Below are positions 44,265-56,321 of a stretch of DNA of 64,000 bases, piece after piece. The stretch's first letter is position 1. Each line of letters starts with the position of its first letter. The stretch is from an uncultured Phycisphaerales bacterium (GTDB lineage Bacteria > Planctomycetota > Phycisphaerae > Tepidisphaerales > Tepidisphaeraceae). The notes below the pieces were generated by a model that did not search any database, was not told the DNA's origin, and was given only the letters and a program-made list of their open reading frames with translations. The position numbers and the translations under genes are program-made. The DNA lies in assembly GCA_963844715.1 (NCBI GenBank), contig CAWJPJ010000007.1, positions 992,001 to 1,056,000 on the forward strand, written 5' to 3'.

Positions 44265-47012
44265 ATGGTCCTCACGCGCCTCGCCATGTCGAATCTTCTC
44301 GTCCGCAAGATGCGGACGGCCCTGACGGTGGGGGCCATCGCCATGTCGTGCGCCCTGGTCGTCGCCGTTACCAGCGGCTATCGATCCTTGGAAGAGTCGG
44401 CACTGCGGTTCATGAACCGGTACATGGGCACCGCCGATGCGTTCATCATCCCCGCGAATCAAATGGAGGGCCTGATCCCCGAAGATCTCGTGGACCAGCT
44501 CAACCAGGACCCGGCCGTCAGCCAGGCATCCGGAAGACTGACCACCTCGCCATAATGCGTCGCGCTTCCGGTTCCCGCCGGCCAAAGCCGTCCGAGCAAT
44601 ATCTCGCCGCCGGCGCTCTCCCCTCCGACGAAACCAACGTTGAATTCATTGGCTTGCGTCAATCCGGCGACTCGACCGCTGACTCCCTTGAAGTCTCAAA
44701 CGGCAAGTGGTTTGATCCCGACGGCGGCGACACCGCCGTTCTCGATCAGGTCGCTTCCGATCGGCTCGGTCTGGACCTGGGCGATTCGTTCAACGTTCCC
44801 GGCCTTCATCCGCTCACGCTTACGGTGATCGGCATCGTTCACAAGCCGGCCTTCTTCGCTGAGCGCCTCCCACCATTTACGTTCCCCTCAAGACCCTCCA
44901 GCAATTCACCGGGCAGGACAATCCCCCGCAGGTTTCGCGCATCACGATCTACCTGAAAACTGGGTCCGACTTCGACGCCTTCGTAAAGCGCTGGACCGAA
45001 AAACTCGCCGCCCTCAGCGGCAATTACCGTCTCCAGATGCGCCGCGATGCGCCGGGGGAACTGACCAAAAATCTCGAGGTCGTCCACATTGTCAGTTATT
45101 TCGGCGGCTGCGCATCGATGCTCACCGCCATGTTCATCACGTTCTCCGCCCTTAGCATGGGCGTGACCGAGCGCCACCGCACCCTCGCGATGCTGCGGGC
45201 CATCGGCGCTGTCCGTTCCCAGGTCTTTCGCCTCGTCGTCTTCGAAGCATTCCTTCTTTGTGCCATCGGTCTCATCGCCGGGGTTCTGCTCGGCATGCTC
45301 TGCATGATTCTTCTTTATTGGAAATACCCCGATGCGTTCCCGGCCGGCGTTTTCTATAGCTACGGCGGAATCGCCTTCGCCACCGGCGGCTCCCTTCTCA
45401 CCGCCCTCGCCGCCAGCGCCCTTCCGGCCTGGACGGCGTCCAGACTCAGTCCCGTCGAAGCGATGAGCGTTCAAGGCGCCGCGCCGGAATCCGGCCGCCC
45501 TCATTTGCTCTCCGCCTTTTTCGGGCTTCTGCTCATCGCCATCGATCCATTTCTCCTCTACGGGCCCCTCGAAACAATCTTGTCTCATCTGGGATTCAAA
45601 GATCCCGATCAAGCCGCCCATGCCATCCGTTTTTTCGGCCATTTCGCCCTTGGGGTAACCGGAATCATGTTCGGCTTCTTCCTCCTGGCGCCCACGATCA
45701 TCTGGATCATCGAGCGCGTCTTGGCCCCGGTCGTATCCGTTTTGCTAGTCCTTCCCGTGCGCCTGCTGCGACAGCAACTCACCAATGGAATCTGGCGCAC
45801 GGCAGGCACGGCTGCCGCCCTCATGGTCGGCCTCGCCACGCTCATTGCCATGCAGGTGCAGGGGCACACCCTCATCGGCGGCTGGCGGCTCCCCGACAAA
45901 TTCCCGGACATCTTCATTTACAGCCCCGACCCCATCTCATTTCAAGATCAGAAAACGCTGGATAACGTGCAGGGCATCCAACCCGGTTCGCTGATGCCCG
46001 TCGCGATCGCCTCGCCGACCGGGAATAGCGATGCCGCACTCATCGCCACCGCCGCCATGGGAGGGAAAAATGGCTCATTTTTCTTCTTCGGCGTCGATCC
46101 CGATCAGGCGATGCACATGGTTCAACTCGAATTCCGCGACAGCGACGGCCACGCCCTTCCCGAATCCCAGCAATATCCCGCGGCCCTCCACGCCGCCGAG
46201 GAACTCAAGAAAGGCCGACGTATCATCGTCACCGAAGAATTCCGCCTCGTCCGCCATCTCAAAGTCGGCGACACCATCCAACTCCTTACCACCCAGCATG
46301 GCCCGCAAACCTACACCATCTGCGCCATCGTCTGGTCCCCAGGCGCTGATCTCCTCGTCACCCTCTTCGATCTCGGCCGCGTCGTCGATCAGCAAACCGC
46401 TTCCAGCGTCTTCGGCTCCCTCGACGATGCCCGTAGTGATTTCGGCGTCACAGGCTGCCGCCTCTTTGCAGCCAACCTCGCCGGCGGAATCGACAAGAAA
46501 GACATCCTCAAAAACCTCCAGAAAACGCTGGGTGATCGCGGGCTCCGCGCCGGCGACGTCCGGCAGATCAAATACGCCGTCGAAACCGCCTTCTATCGCA
46601 TCCTGCTCCTCATCAGCAGCGTGGCCTTCTCCGCAATGGCCGTCGCATCGCTCGGCGTGACCAACACCATCATGGCCTCCGTCCGCTCACGCCGCTGGCA
46701 ATTCGGCGTCCTGCGAAGCATCGGGGCGGGGCGCGGACAGCTTTTGCGTCTCGTGCTCGCCGAGGCGGCGTTGCTCGGATTCGTGGGGATCGCCCTGGGC
46801 GTAGGCGCCGGCATGGAACTCGCCGCCGATGCCCGAAAACTCTCCGGCGTCGTCATCGGATTTATGCCGCCCATTAACATCCCCTGGGGTATCGTCGGCG
46901 CGGGTGCCTCGCCGTCCTGCTTGTGGCTCTGGTCGCAAGCCTCTGGCCGGCAATTGGCGTCGCGCGGGCTCAGCCCCTGGACCTCCTCCAGGCCGGTCGG
47001 GCATCCATGTGA
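44265..47012 (+). CDS. FtsX/MacB-like ABC exporter permease with two permease modules, several frameshifts
   Basis: RKMRTALT, LAMLRAIGA, FGVLRSIGA, LSPVEAM; ends GRASM*. Confidence 0.85.
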
Positions 47013-47020
47013 GGAGTTTC

Positions 47021-48875
47021 ATGGCGAAATCGAAATGGCCCGCGATTTTCGTCTGCGGACTCCTGCTGGCGATGTTCGCCGTCGTCAGCATGCGATCCTG
47101 GTGGAATCGCTGCTGCACATTCGATGAGCCGCTTCACCTCGTCGGCGCTTTTTCTGAAAATTATCTCGACGACTATCGCGTGAACTCCGAGGACCCGCCT
47201 CTCTGGAAGCATTTTGCGATCGCCGGAATGTCGAAAGATCGGATGGCGTTCGACACGTCGTCCCCCAACTGGAACGGCACCCTCACCAACTCCTCGAATC
47301 GCGACGCTTTCGTCTCGGACACCCTCTTCCACACTTCCGCCAACGATGCCGATTCAATCCTCCGCGACGCCCGCCTGCACATGATCTTTCTGGGAGTCGC
47401 CCTCGGCGCTGCTCATCACCTGGTGGTCCTGGCGTCTGGCCGGCCCGCTGGCGGCCTGCGTCTCCTGCGCCGCCTTCGCCCTCGATCCGAATTTTCTGGC
47501 GCACTGGGCGCTGGTTAAAAACGACGTGCCGATGACTCTCGTTTTTACCGCCTTGATGGCCGCCGTCTGGCTCTTGGGCGAGCGGGCCACCGGCCTCCGC
47601 TGCATCGCCGTTGCCATTATTCTCGGCGTCGCAATCACGACAAAATTTTCCGGAAGCCTGGCCATCCCGATTCTGGCGCTGGCGCTCCTTGCCCGAGTGG
47701 CGTCCTCTCACCCCTGGCCTGTCCTTCGCTGGACAGCGGTTACGCGGATCCAGCGCCTTTTCGCCGGCGCCTCAATCGGGCTCTTCTCTTTTCTGGTCGC
47801 CTGGATGATCATCTGGGCCACTTACGACTTCCGCTTCAGCCCCGGCCCGAGTCCCGACACGGTTACCGATCTATCCGACGTCATGAACGCCTGCGCTGCC
47901 TGCGAATCGATCGCCTCACATCACAACACAAACTGGGATTTAACCACCGCTCAGGTCGCCCAATGGGCTCAGGATTGGCAACCCGGCCCGATCGAACGCA
48001 CGTCCCTGTGGATCAACGACCATCGCCTCCTCCCCCAATCCTTCATTCACGGCTTTTTGATGACTTACGCGACCACCCTCTATCGCGGGTCATTTTTTTG
48101 CGGCGAACTGAGCTACTTCGGCCGATGGTATTACTTCCCAGCCGCCATGGCCTTTAAAACTCCCCTCGCCACTCTCGTCGCTCTTCCCCTGGCTCTTTTC
48201 GCCTGCCTGGCGGAGCACAAAAATATCGTTCACAAGGTCCGGGACATTCTGGCTTCCAAAAAGTTCTGGCCGTTCTGCGCCGCCGCGATCCTGCCCGCCT
48301 ACTACATGGCCTCGGCCATTCACGCCCAGGTGAATTTGGGATTACGTCACATCTTTCCCGTCTATCCATTCTTATTCATCTTCCTCGGAGTGGCCGCTGC
48401 CATCGCCTACGCGCAGCAACCGCGCATCGCCACGGTTTTCATTGGGGTGTTCGTAATCGGTCTCGTCGCCGAAACCTTCTGTGCCGACCCGGATTATCTT
48501 TCCTTCTTCAACGTCGCCGCCGGCGGCCAGCTAGGCGGCGCTGAAACTCCTCGGCGATTCCAATATCGACTGGGGCCAGGACCTTAAATCCCTCGTCGCC
48601 TGGCGAAAGGATCACCCTGAGGGCCAGCTTGCTCTGGCCTATTTCGGTTCCGTCGACCCGCGCTACTACAATCTCCATTACTTCAATATTTCCGGCAGCA
48701 TGGCCCCGGACGATGAAGCGCTCGGCAGAACGTCCCGCATGTCTACGCGGTCAGTGTTACACTCTTGCAGGGCGCTTATCTTTCCACGGCCCAACACCAG
48801 CAGATTTTGCAGCTTGAGCGTTATCCGATCAAAGCGAACCTCGGCGGATCAATTTATGTCTACGAACCTCAGTAA
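47021..48875 (+). CDS. GT-C (PMT_2/ArnT-like, lipid-carrier-dependent) glycosyltransferase, copy 1, frameshifted
   Basis: TFDEPLH, EDPPLWK, KNDVP, KFSG, WYYFP..FKTP, GLRHIFP, DSNIDWGQ. Confidence 0.8.
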
Positions 48876-50681
48876 GCCGATCGCGCTGGCGACGTGCGCG
48901 ATTCTTCTGGCGGTTTATGCTGCCACCGCCTGGGAGGCCAGCCTGGGAAAATGCGCCACCTACGACGAGCCCCTTCATTTCGTCGGCGGCTGGATCGAAA
49001 CCCACGATCACGATTTCCGAATTGACCCCGAAAATCCGCCTCTTTGGAAATACTATGCAATCGCCGGCACCCGCGCTTCCGATCTCACCCTCGAAAACTC
49101 CGGCGAATTCTGGCACACACTGCTCAGCGATCTGGGTTTCAATAATCCGTACGCGAAGCACGTTCTTTATGAGATTCCCGGCAACAAGCCGGACGAACTG
49201 ATCCAGGCTGCGCGCGGAAGAATGGTGCTTCTGGCCGCCCTGATCGGCGTGATCATCGCCTGGTGGTCCTGGCGTCTGGCCGGGCCGATCGCGGCTTGCG
49301 TTTCCTGCGCCGCATTCTGCTTCGACCCGAACTTTCTCGCCCACGGGCCGCTGGTGAAAAACGACGTTGCCACCGCGCGCTGCTTTTCCTGTGCCTTATG
49401 TTTACGGTCTGGCTCCTCGGCCAGCGCGCCACCCTCTGCCGCATACTTTGCATAACCGTGATTCTCGCCGCCATCGTCAACACGAAATATTCCGGACTTC
49501 TGGCGATTCCCATCCTCGCCATCACGCTGACCGTTCGCGCCGCGATGCCGGTGGACTGGCAAATCCTCCGCTGGACCGCCAAAACCTTCCCGGTGAAGTT
49601 TCTGGCCGCGGTAAGCATCGGCCTCTTCGCTCTGCTGTTTTCTTATTTCGCCATCTGGGCTTGCTATGATTTTCGATTCGCCCCCGCTCCCGACAGCGAC
49701 GAGCTTTCGCAACTCGACCAGCCGACCGCCATCTATGCCTCTTATCAATCGATGGCCGAACACGGCGCCACCGTCGACACTTCCCGCGAAGAAGCCCAGA
49801 AATGGATCGCACAGTGGCAGCCCGGGCCCGTGGTTCGCATCACTCAATGGCTGCACGATCACCGCCTCTTTCCCGAAACCTATCTTCGCGGGTTCCTCTA
49901 CATCGCCGGCGACACGCAATTGCGCCAAACCTTCCTCCTCGGCAAGCTCCGGATGACAGGTTGGTGGTATTATTTCCCCCTCGTCATCGCCTTTAAAACG
50001 CCGCTATCGACCCTCATTGCCCTGGCCGCCGCGACGATTTTCTGGCTCGTGCGCCGCCCCAATTTTAAATCCTGGTCCCTTTTCGCCGGTGCGTTCACTC
50101 CCGCCCTCTATTTCGCGTCGGCCCTGCACTCGAACACGGACCTCGGCATGCGCCACATTCTTCCGATCTATCCGTTCCTCTTCATATTCCTGGGCGTGGT
50201 CTCGGCCGCCGCGATCGCCCGTTACAGGAAATTCGCCATTCCCGTCCTTTGCGCACTATTCCTAGGCCTCGCCGCGGAGACGTTCTTTGCCTATCCGGAT
50301 TTCATCCCCTTCTTCAACGTCGCTGCCGGTGGATCGCGCGGGGGTCTGCATCTTCTGGCCGACAGCAATCTCGACTGGGGCCAGGACCTCAAGCTCCTCG
50401 CCGCCTGGCGAACGGCCCATCCCGACGGGCAATTGGCCCTGTGCTATTTCGGCTCAGCCGACCCGCGCTACTACGGAATCCATTACGTCAATCTCCCCGC
50501 CAGCGATGCGCCGGCCGACCAACCCGTGCGCACGGATGTTCCGCACGTTTACGCGTTCAGCGCCACGCTCCTCCAGGGGCTTTACATGGAATCCGATCAG
50601 CGAAAAGATTACCGGCAGTTTTACAACTACAAAATTGCCGCCGTGCTGGGCGGATCGATTTATGTCTACAACCAGCCGTAA
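48856..50681 (+). CDS. GT-C glycosyltransferase, copy 2, frameshift near 49375
   Basis: TYDEPLH, ENPPLWK, DPNFLAHG, GWWYYFP, DSNLDWGQDL. Confidence 0.82.
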
Positions 50682-52513
50682 CGCCGACGGCGCCACCGCG
50701 CGATTCCGCAGCGCCCACGGCGCCGCCCTGGGATTCTGCGCCCTTCTCCTGGCGATTTATGCCGGCACAAGCTGGCTCGCCTGGCAATCCAAGGGGTTGA
50801 CTTGGGACGAACCCCTGCATTTCGTCGGCGCGGCGATCCAGGTCCGCGACTCCGACTTCGCCTACGATGCCGAAAATCCGCCGATGTGGAAGTATTACTT
50901 CGCCCTGGGAAACCCGACGATCAAGCAGATGAAACTCGACGAGCCCGCCGGGGGATGGTCCGCCATCTCCGGCGCGCCCGCGCCATGCAGGACTATGCGA
51001 CCCGCGCCGTCTATCAGACTCCCGCCAACGATGCCCGCACGCTCATGCAATCCGCGCGGGCGAGAATGCTATTTCTGGCCATGCTCTTGGGAGCCATCAT
51101 CGCGTGGTGGGCATGGAGATTGGCCGGTCCGGTCGCCGCATGCGTCTCCTGCGCGCTCTTTTGCCTCGATCCCAATTTTCTGGCCCACGGCCTGCTGATC
51201 AAAAACGATGTCCCTATCGCGATGCTCTTTACCGCATTAACCGCGGCCATCTGGTCCGTCGGTCGATCCGCCGGAATTCTGAATGTTGTGACCGCGGGGC
51301 TTCTTTTGGGCGCGTCCCTGACCACAAAATATTCGGGTCTGCTCGAAATTCCGGTCCTCGGCGTTTTGTTGCTCGCCCGCGCACTGATTCCGACGGATTG
51401 GCCGATCTTGATGTTCACCGCGCGGGCTAGGACGCCGAATCGTCGCCGCCGCCGTCATCGGGCTTTGCGTCATCCTCATTTGCTGGGGTTTGATCTGGGG
51501 GTGCTACGGCTTCCGATATCTCTCGCCCGAGGACGATCTGTCGGACATGAACCCCGCCATCCTCCATTACGCCGCCGGTCGCATGATGGTGGACCACGAC
51601 GTTGACCGCGACACCCCTCCCGAGCAAATCCGCCAATGGCTGTCCGAGTGGCAAATAGATCCAACCGTGCGGTTCGTCCTTTGGGCCGACGCACACCATC
51701 TTTTCCCGCATGAATTTCTGCGCGGCTTCCTCTTCGCCACGGGCGACTCCTTCGGCCGCGCAGCTTTTCTCATGGGCGACGTGCGCGTCCGCGGCTGGTG
51801 GTACTACTTCCCACTGGCCATGTTGTTTAAAACTCCCCTGGCGGTTCTCGTCGCCATACCGCTTGCCGCGATTCTCTGGTTCTTCCTGCCGACGCGGCCC
51901 GACCCCTGGGCGATCTGCGGCATGGCCATCGCCCCGATTATCTACATGGCGTCCGCCATGCACTCGAATCTGAACGTCGGTATTCGCCACATTTTTCCGG
52001 TTTATCCGTTTCTCTATATTGTTCTCGGAATTACGGCCGGACGCGCGGTTGTTCGCTTCGGAAAGCCCGCCGTGGCGATCCTGGCGATAATGCTGATCGG
52101 CCTGGCCGCCGAGACGTTCGCCGCCTTTCCGGATTACATTCCATTTTTCAACGTCGCTTGCGGCGGCGCGCGGCGGCGCGCGGTTGCTCGGCGATTCCAA
52201 CATCGACTGGGGACAGGAACTCCCGGCGATCGCCGCCTGGCAGCGCAGCCATCCGGAATATCAACTCATGCTCTATTATTTCGCCGAAGCCGATCCGCGC
52301 TTTTACGGCATCCGCTATGCCAATCTTCCCGCCAGCAGCGCCCCCGCGGACCAAACGCACGCCACCGGGCAAAGGCCCTACTGGGTCATCAGCGTCGTAG
52401 CGCTACAGGGCCAGTCCCTTACCGCCAGAGGCCGCACGTTTTACCAACCATTCCAACACCGCCAACCCACGCAAATCATCGGCGGCTGCATGTATATGTA
52501 CGCCCCGTGGTAA
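50662..52513 (+). CDS. GT-C glycosyltransferase, copy 3, frameshifted
   Basis: TWDEPLH, ENPPMWK, DPNFLAHG, GWWYYFP, DSNIDWGQEL. Confidence 0.82.
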
Positions 52514-52533
52514 ATCCTCGGTATCCCATTTCC

Positions 52534-52562
52534 TTGTCCCATTTCCTCCCCGGGCTTAGACT
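52534..52562 (+). promoter_or_regulatory. Sigma70-type promoter of GT-C copy 4
   Basis: TTGTCC-17 nt-TAGACT, conserved in three intergenic gaps. Confidence 0.7.
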
Positions 52563-52576
52563 GCCCCGATCGCTCC

Positions 52577-54376
52577 ATGACCCGCAATCTTTTCGCCGCG
52601 ATCTTTTGCGCATTTCTTCTGGCGGTCTACGTATCCACAAGCTGGCTAGCCTAGCAATCCAAGGGAATCACATTCGACGAACCCCAGCTTCTCGTCGCCG
52701 CGACGCTTCAAGCCCGGCGGGGCAATTTCGACGCTGACCAGGTCAACCCGCCTTTCTGGAAGGACTATTTCATCCTCGGCAATTCGGCTTCCCGCATGCA
52801 ACTGCCAGATACCGCCGGCGATCTTTCGAACGTCGCGATTTTTCAGGACTATGCCACGCAGACGATCTACGAGACTCCTGCCAACAACGCCCGGTCGCTG
52901 GTGAACTCCGCCCGTGCCCGCATGCTGCCCCTGGCGGTGCTTCTCGGGGCCTTGATCGCCTTCTGGTCTTTCAAGCTGGCAGGCCCGCTTGCGGCTTGTG
53001 TCTCCACCGCGGCCTTCTCCCTCGATCCGAATTTCCTCGCCCATGGCTTGCTGGTCAAAAACGATGTTTCCATCGCCCTCCTGTTCACAGCCTTGATGTT
53101 CACCCTCTGGCGTGTCGGCCGCGCCGCCACTCTCGTCAACTGCTCCGCCCTCGCGCTCCTCCTCGGTGCGACCCTCAACACGAAATTCTCGGGGCTCCTG
53201 GCCATCCCGCTGATCTCCGCCGTGCTTTTTCTCCGCGCCCTCATTCCCGCCGATTGGCGCGTACTGAGGTTGACCGCCGCGACATTCTCCCGGCGTTTCC
53301 TCGCCGCTGCCGCCGTGACGGTCTTCGCGCTCTTCGTCTCGTGGATTTTCGTCTGGGGATCGTATGATTTTCGTTTTCAGCCGGGACCCGGCCAATCTCC
53401 CGATCTCGACAATGCCATTCGCAGCTACTCGATGGCACAAACCATCGCCCTTCACGAATCGGAGTTCTTCGACGCCGACCCCGGCGAATTCCGTGCTTGG
53501 CTCGCCTCCTGGAGGCCGGATTGCCTAATCCAAGCCGTCAAATGGACCGACGCACATCATCTTCTTCCGCGGCCTTATTTGTGCGGGTTTCTATATGCCA
53601 AGGCCGATACCTCTGGCTCCGCGTCGTTTTTCCTCGGGCGGATTGGTCTGGGCGGCTGGTGGCATTACTTCCCCCTGGCAATGGCTTTCAAAACTCCTCT
53701 GGCCACCCTGATCGCCCTCGCCCTGGCCGCGATTCTCTGCTTCTTTTTGCCCCGCCCGCGCAATCCATGGCCTGCTCTGGTCCTTGGTCTCCCTCCAATT
53801 CTTTTCATGCTTGCGGCAATGCGCTCCGGCATGGACGTAGGAATCAGGCATGTCCTTCCCGTTTATCCCTTCCTCTTCGTTCTTCTGGGCATCGCGGCCG
53901 CCCGCGCCGTGCAAAGATTCGGCAAGCCCGTCCTCCTCCTACTGATCATTCTCCTTCTCGCACTCGCGGCCGAAACTTTCGCCGCTTTTCCGGATTACAT
54001 CCCGTTTTTCAACGTCGCTTGCGGCGGCCCACGCGGCGGAGCGCGTCTCCTCGGCGATTCCAACATCGACTGGGGACAGGAACTCCCCGGCCTCGCCAAA
54101 TGGCAAGCTTCTCACACCGACTACCAACTCATGCTCTATTATTTCGGCGCCGCCGACCCGCGCTACTACGGCATCCATTACGTGAACCTCCCCGGCAGCT
54201 TCGCTCCGAAGGATCAAACCAAACCCACCGGCCAAAAACCCTATTGGGCCATCAGCGCCGTCGCCCTCGAAGGCCAATACCTCAACTCCAAAGCGCGAGC
54301 GTTCTACGAACCCTTCCGCCATCGCCAACCCACGCAAATCATCGGCGGCGCCATCTACCTTTACGCGCCTTGGTAG
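52577..54376 (+). CDS. GT-C glycosyltransferase, copy 4 (in-frame TAG at 52652 where paralogues have Trp)
   Basis: MTRNLFAAIFC start in frame with ORF 52796..54376; same motifs as the other copies. Confidence 0.8.
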
Positions 54377-54408
54377 ATCCACCTCGCATCGTCTCGCCAT
54401 CTCCTTCC

Positions 54409-54437
54409 TTGTCCCAATTATCCGGCGCAGTTAGACT
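54409..54437 (+). promoter_or_regulatory. Sigma70-type promoter of GT-C copy 5
   Basis: TTGTCC-17 nt-TAGACT. Confidence 0.7.
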
Positions 54438-54453
54438 CGCTTGAAATCGCTCC

Positions 54454-56262
54454 ATGACCCGCAATCTTTTCGCCGCGATCTTTTGCGCACTTCTCCTGGC
54501 GGTCTACGCATCCACCAGTTGGCTCGCGTGGGAAAGCAAGGGACTCAGTGTTGACGAACCCCTGGGTCTTGTTGCCGCCGTACTTCAGGTCAAGCAAGCC
54601 AATTTCCGTCTCGACGCCGAAAATCCGCCTTTGTGGAAATATTATTTCGTGCTCGGCACGCCGGCCCTGAACATGGAACTCGCCCCTCCGCCCGGGGGTG
54701 ACTCGGACCCCATTCCCTCAACGGTCGGCATCGCCGCCTACGCCGTCAAGGTGATCTACCAAACTCCCGCTAACGACGCGCAAGCCCTGGTGAATCCCTG
54801 CCGCGCCCGGATGCTCTTCCTGGCGGTGCTCCTGGGCGCCGTGATTGCCTTCTGGTCGTTCAAGCTCGCCGGCCCGATCGCCGCCTGTACCGCCGCAGCC
54901 ACCTTCTGTCTCGACCCCAATTTCCTCGCCCATGGCCTCCCCATCAAAAACGATGTCCCCATGGCCCTGCTTTTCACGGCGGTCATGTTTGCCCTCTGGC
55001 GCGTGGGCCGCGCCGCCACCATTCTCAACTGCTGCGCCCTGGCTCTTCTTATCGCCGCCGCCCTCGGCACGAAGTTCAGCGGGCTCCTCGCCCTGGGCGT
55101 CGTCGCGCCCATCCTGGTCCTCCGCGCCGGGATGCCGATCGACTGGCCCGTCCTCAAATACACCGCCCGAACCTTTCGCGCCAAACTCCTCGCCGCCGCC
55201 TCAATTATTATCCTTGCCCTCTTTGTCTCATGGATTTCCATCTGGGCCAGCTACGATTTTCGCTTCGCTCCCCCAGGCGGCACCGATTCCGATTTCCACG
55301 ACGCACTATCCGTCTATGGCGCGTCTCACACCCCGGTCGGCGACAACGTCACCCTCGATTCGCCTCAGGACCAACTCATCAAGCTCGTTGCCCGCTGGAA
55401 GCCCGATCGCGCCGAGCGAGTTGTTCTTTGGCTGAATGCCCATCGCCTCTTCCCGCAGTCTTATCTGACGGGCTATCTCCTGGCCGCCTCCGACAACGCG
55501 GGCCGCTCCTCGTTCCTGGACGGTCACGTCAGTCTGAACGGGTGGTGGTACTACTTTCCTCTGGCGATGCTCTTCAAGACGCCGCTGGCGACCCTCATCG
55601 CTCTCGCCCTCGCCGTCGTCATCTGCTTCGTCGTTCCGCGAAAGCTCGACCGCTGGCTTCTTTACGTCCTCGTGTTCCCGCCTCTTATTTACATGCTCGC
55701 GGCGATGAAATCCGGCATGAACATCGGCATCCGACACATCCTTCCCGTCTACCCCTTCCTATTCATTTTCCTCGGCATTGCCGCTGCCCGCGCATTCCAA
55801 AAATTCGGAAAATACGCGGTTGCCGTCCTGGCCGTTCTTTTGCTCGGACTCGCCGCGGAAACCTTCGCGGCTTTCCCCGATTTTATCCCCTTCTTCAACG
55901 CCGCTGTGGGCGGGGCTCGCGGTGGAGCCCGGCTGCTCAGCGACTCGAACATCGACTGGGGGCAGGAACTGCCCAATATCGCCCGATGGCAACGCGCCCA
56001 TCCGCAATACCAACTCATGCTCAGCTTCTTCGGCTGCGCGGACCCGCGCTACTACGGCATCCGCTACGTCGATCTCCCCGGCAGCTTCGCCCCGGTTGAT
56101 CAACCACGTGACCCCACTCGAACACCCTATTGGGCCGTCAGCGTCATCGCCCTCCACGGCGAATATCTCTTCGCCGGTCCCCGTGCCTACTACGAACCCT
56201 TCCGCCACCGCCAGCCGAAGCAAATCCTCGGCGGGTGCATCTATCTCTACGACTCCCGGTAG
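54454..56262 (+). CDS. GT-C glycosyltransferase, copy 5 (intact, 602 aa)
   Basis: SVDEP after TM1, ENPPLWK, KNDVP, KFSG, GWWYYFP, GIRHILP, DSNIDWGQEL; many TM helices. Confidence 0.88.
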   Translation: MTRNLFAAIFCALLLAVYASTSWLAWESKGLSVDEPLGLVAAVLQVKQANFRLDAENPPLWKYYFVLGTPALNMELAPPPGGDSDPIPSTVGIAAYAVKVIYQTPANDAQALVNPCRARMLFLAVLLGAVIAFWSFKLAGPIAACTAAATFCLDPNFLAHGLPIKNDVPMALLFTAVMFALWRVGRAATILNCCALALLIAAALGTKFSGLLALGVVAPILVLRAGMPIDWPVLKYTARTFRAKLLAAASIIILALFVSWISIWASYDFRFAPPGGTDSDFHDALSVYGASHTPVGDNVTLDSPQDQLIKLVARWKPDRAERVVLWLNAHRLFPQSYLTGYLLAASDNAGRSSFLDGHVSLNGWWYYFPLAMLFKTPLATLIALALAVVICFVVPRKLDRWLLYVLVFPPLIYMLAAMKSGMNIGIRHILPVYPFLFIFLGIAAARAFQKFGKYAVAVLAVLLLGLAAETFAAFPDFIPFFNAAVGGARGGARLLSDSNIDWGQELPNIARWQRAHPQYQLMLSFFGCADPRYYGIRYVDLPGSFAPVDQPRDPTRTPYWAVSVIALHGEYLFAGPRAYYEPFRHRQPKQILGGCIYLYDSR

Positions 56263-56278
56263 ATTCCCGCCCTGTTCC

Positions 56279-56307
56279 TTGTTCCATCTCCTCCGCGCGT
56301 TTAGACT
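56279..56307 (+). promoter_or_regulatory. Sigma70-type promoter of GT-C copy 6
   Basis: TTGTTC-17 nt-TAGACT. Confidence 0.7.
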
Positions 56308-56321
56308 GCCCCAATCGCTCC

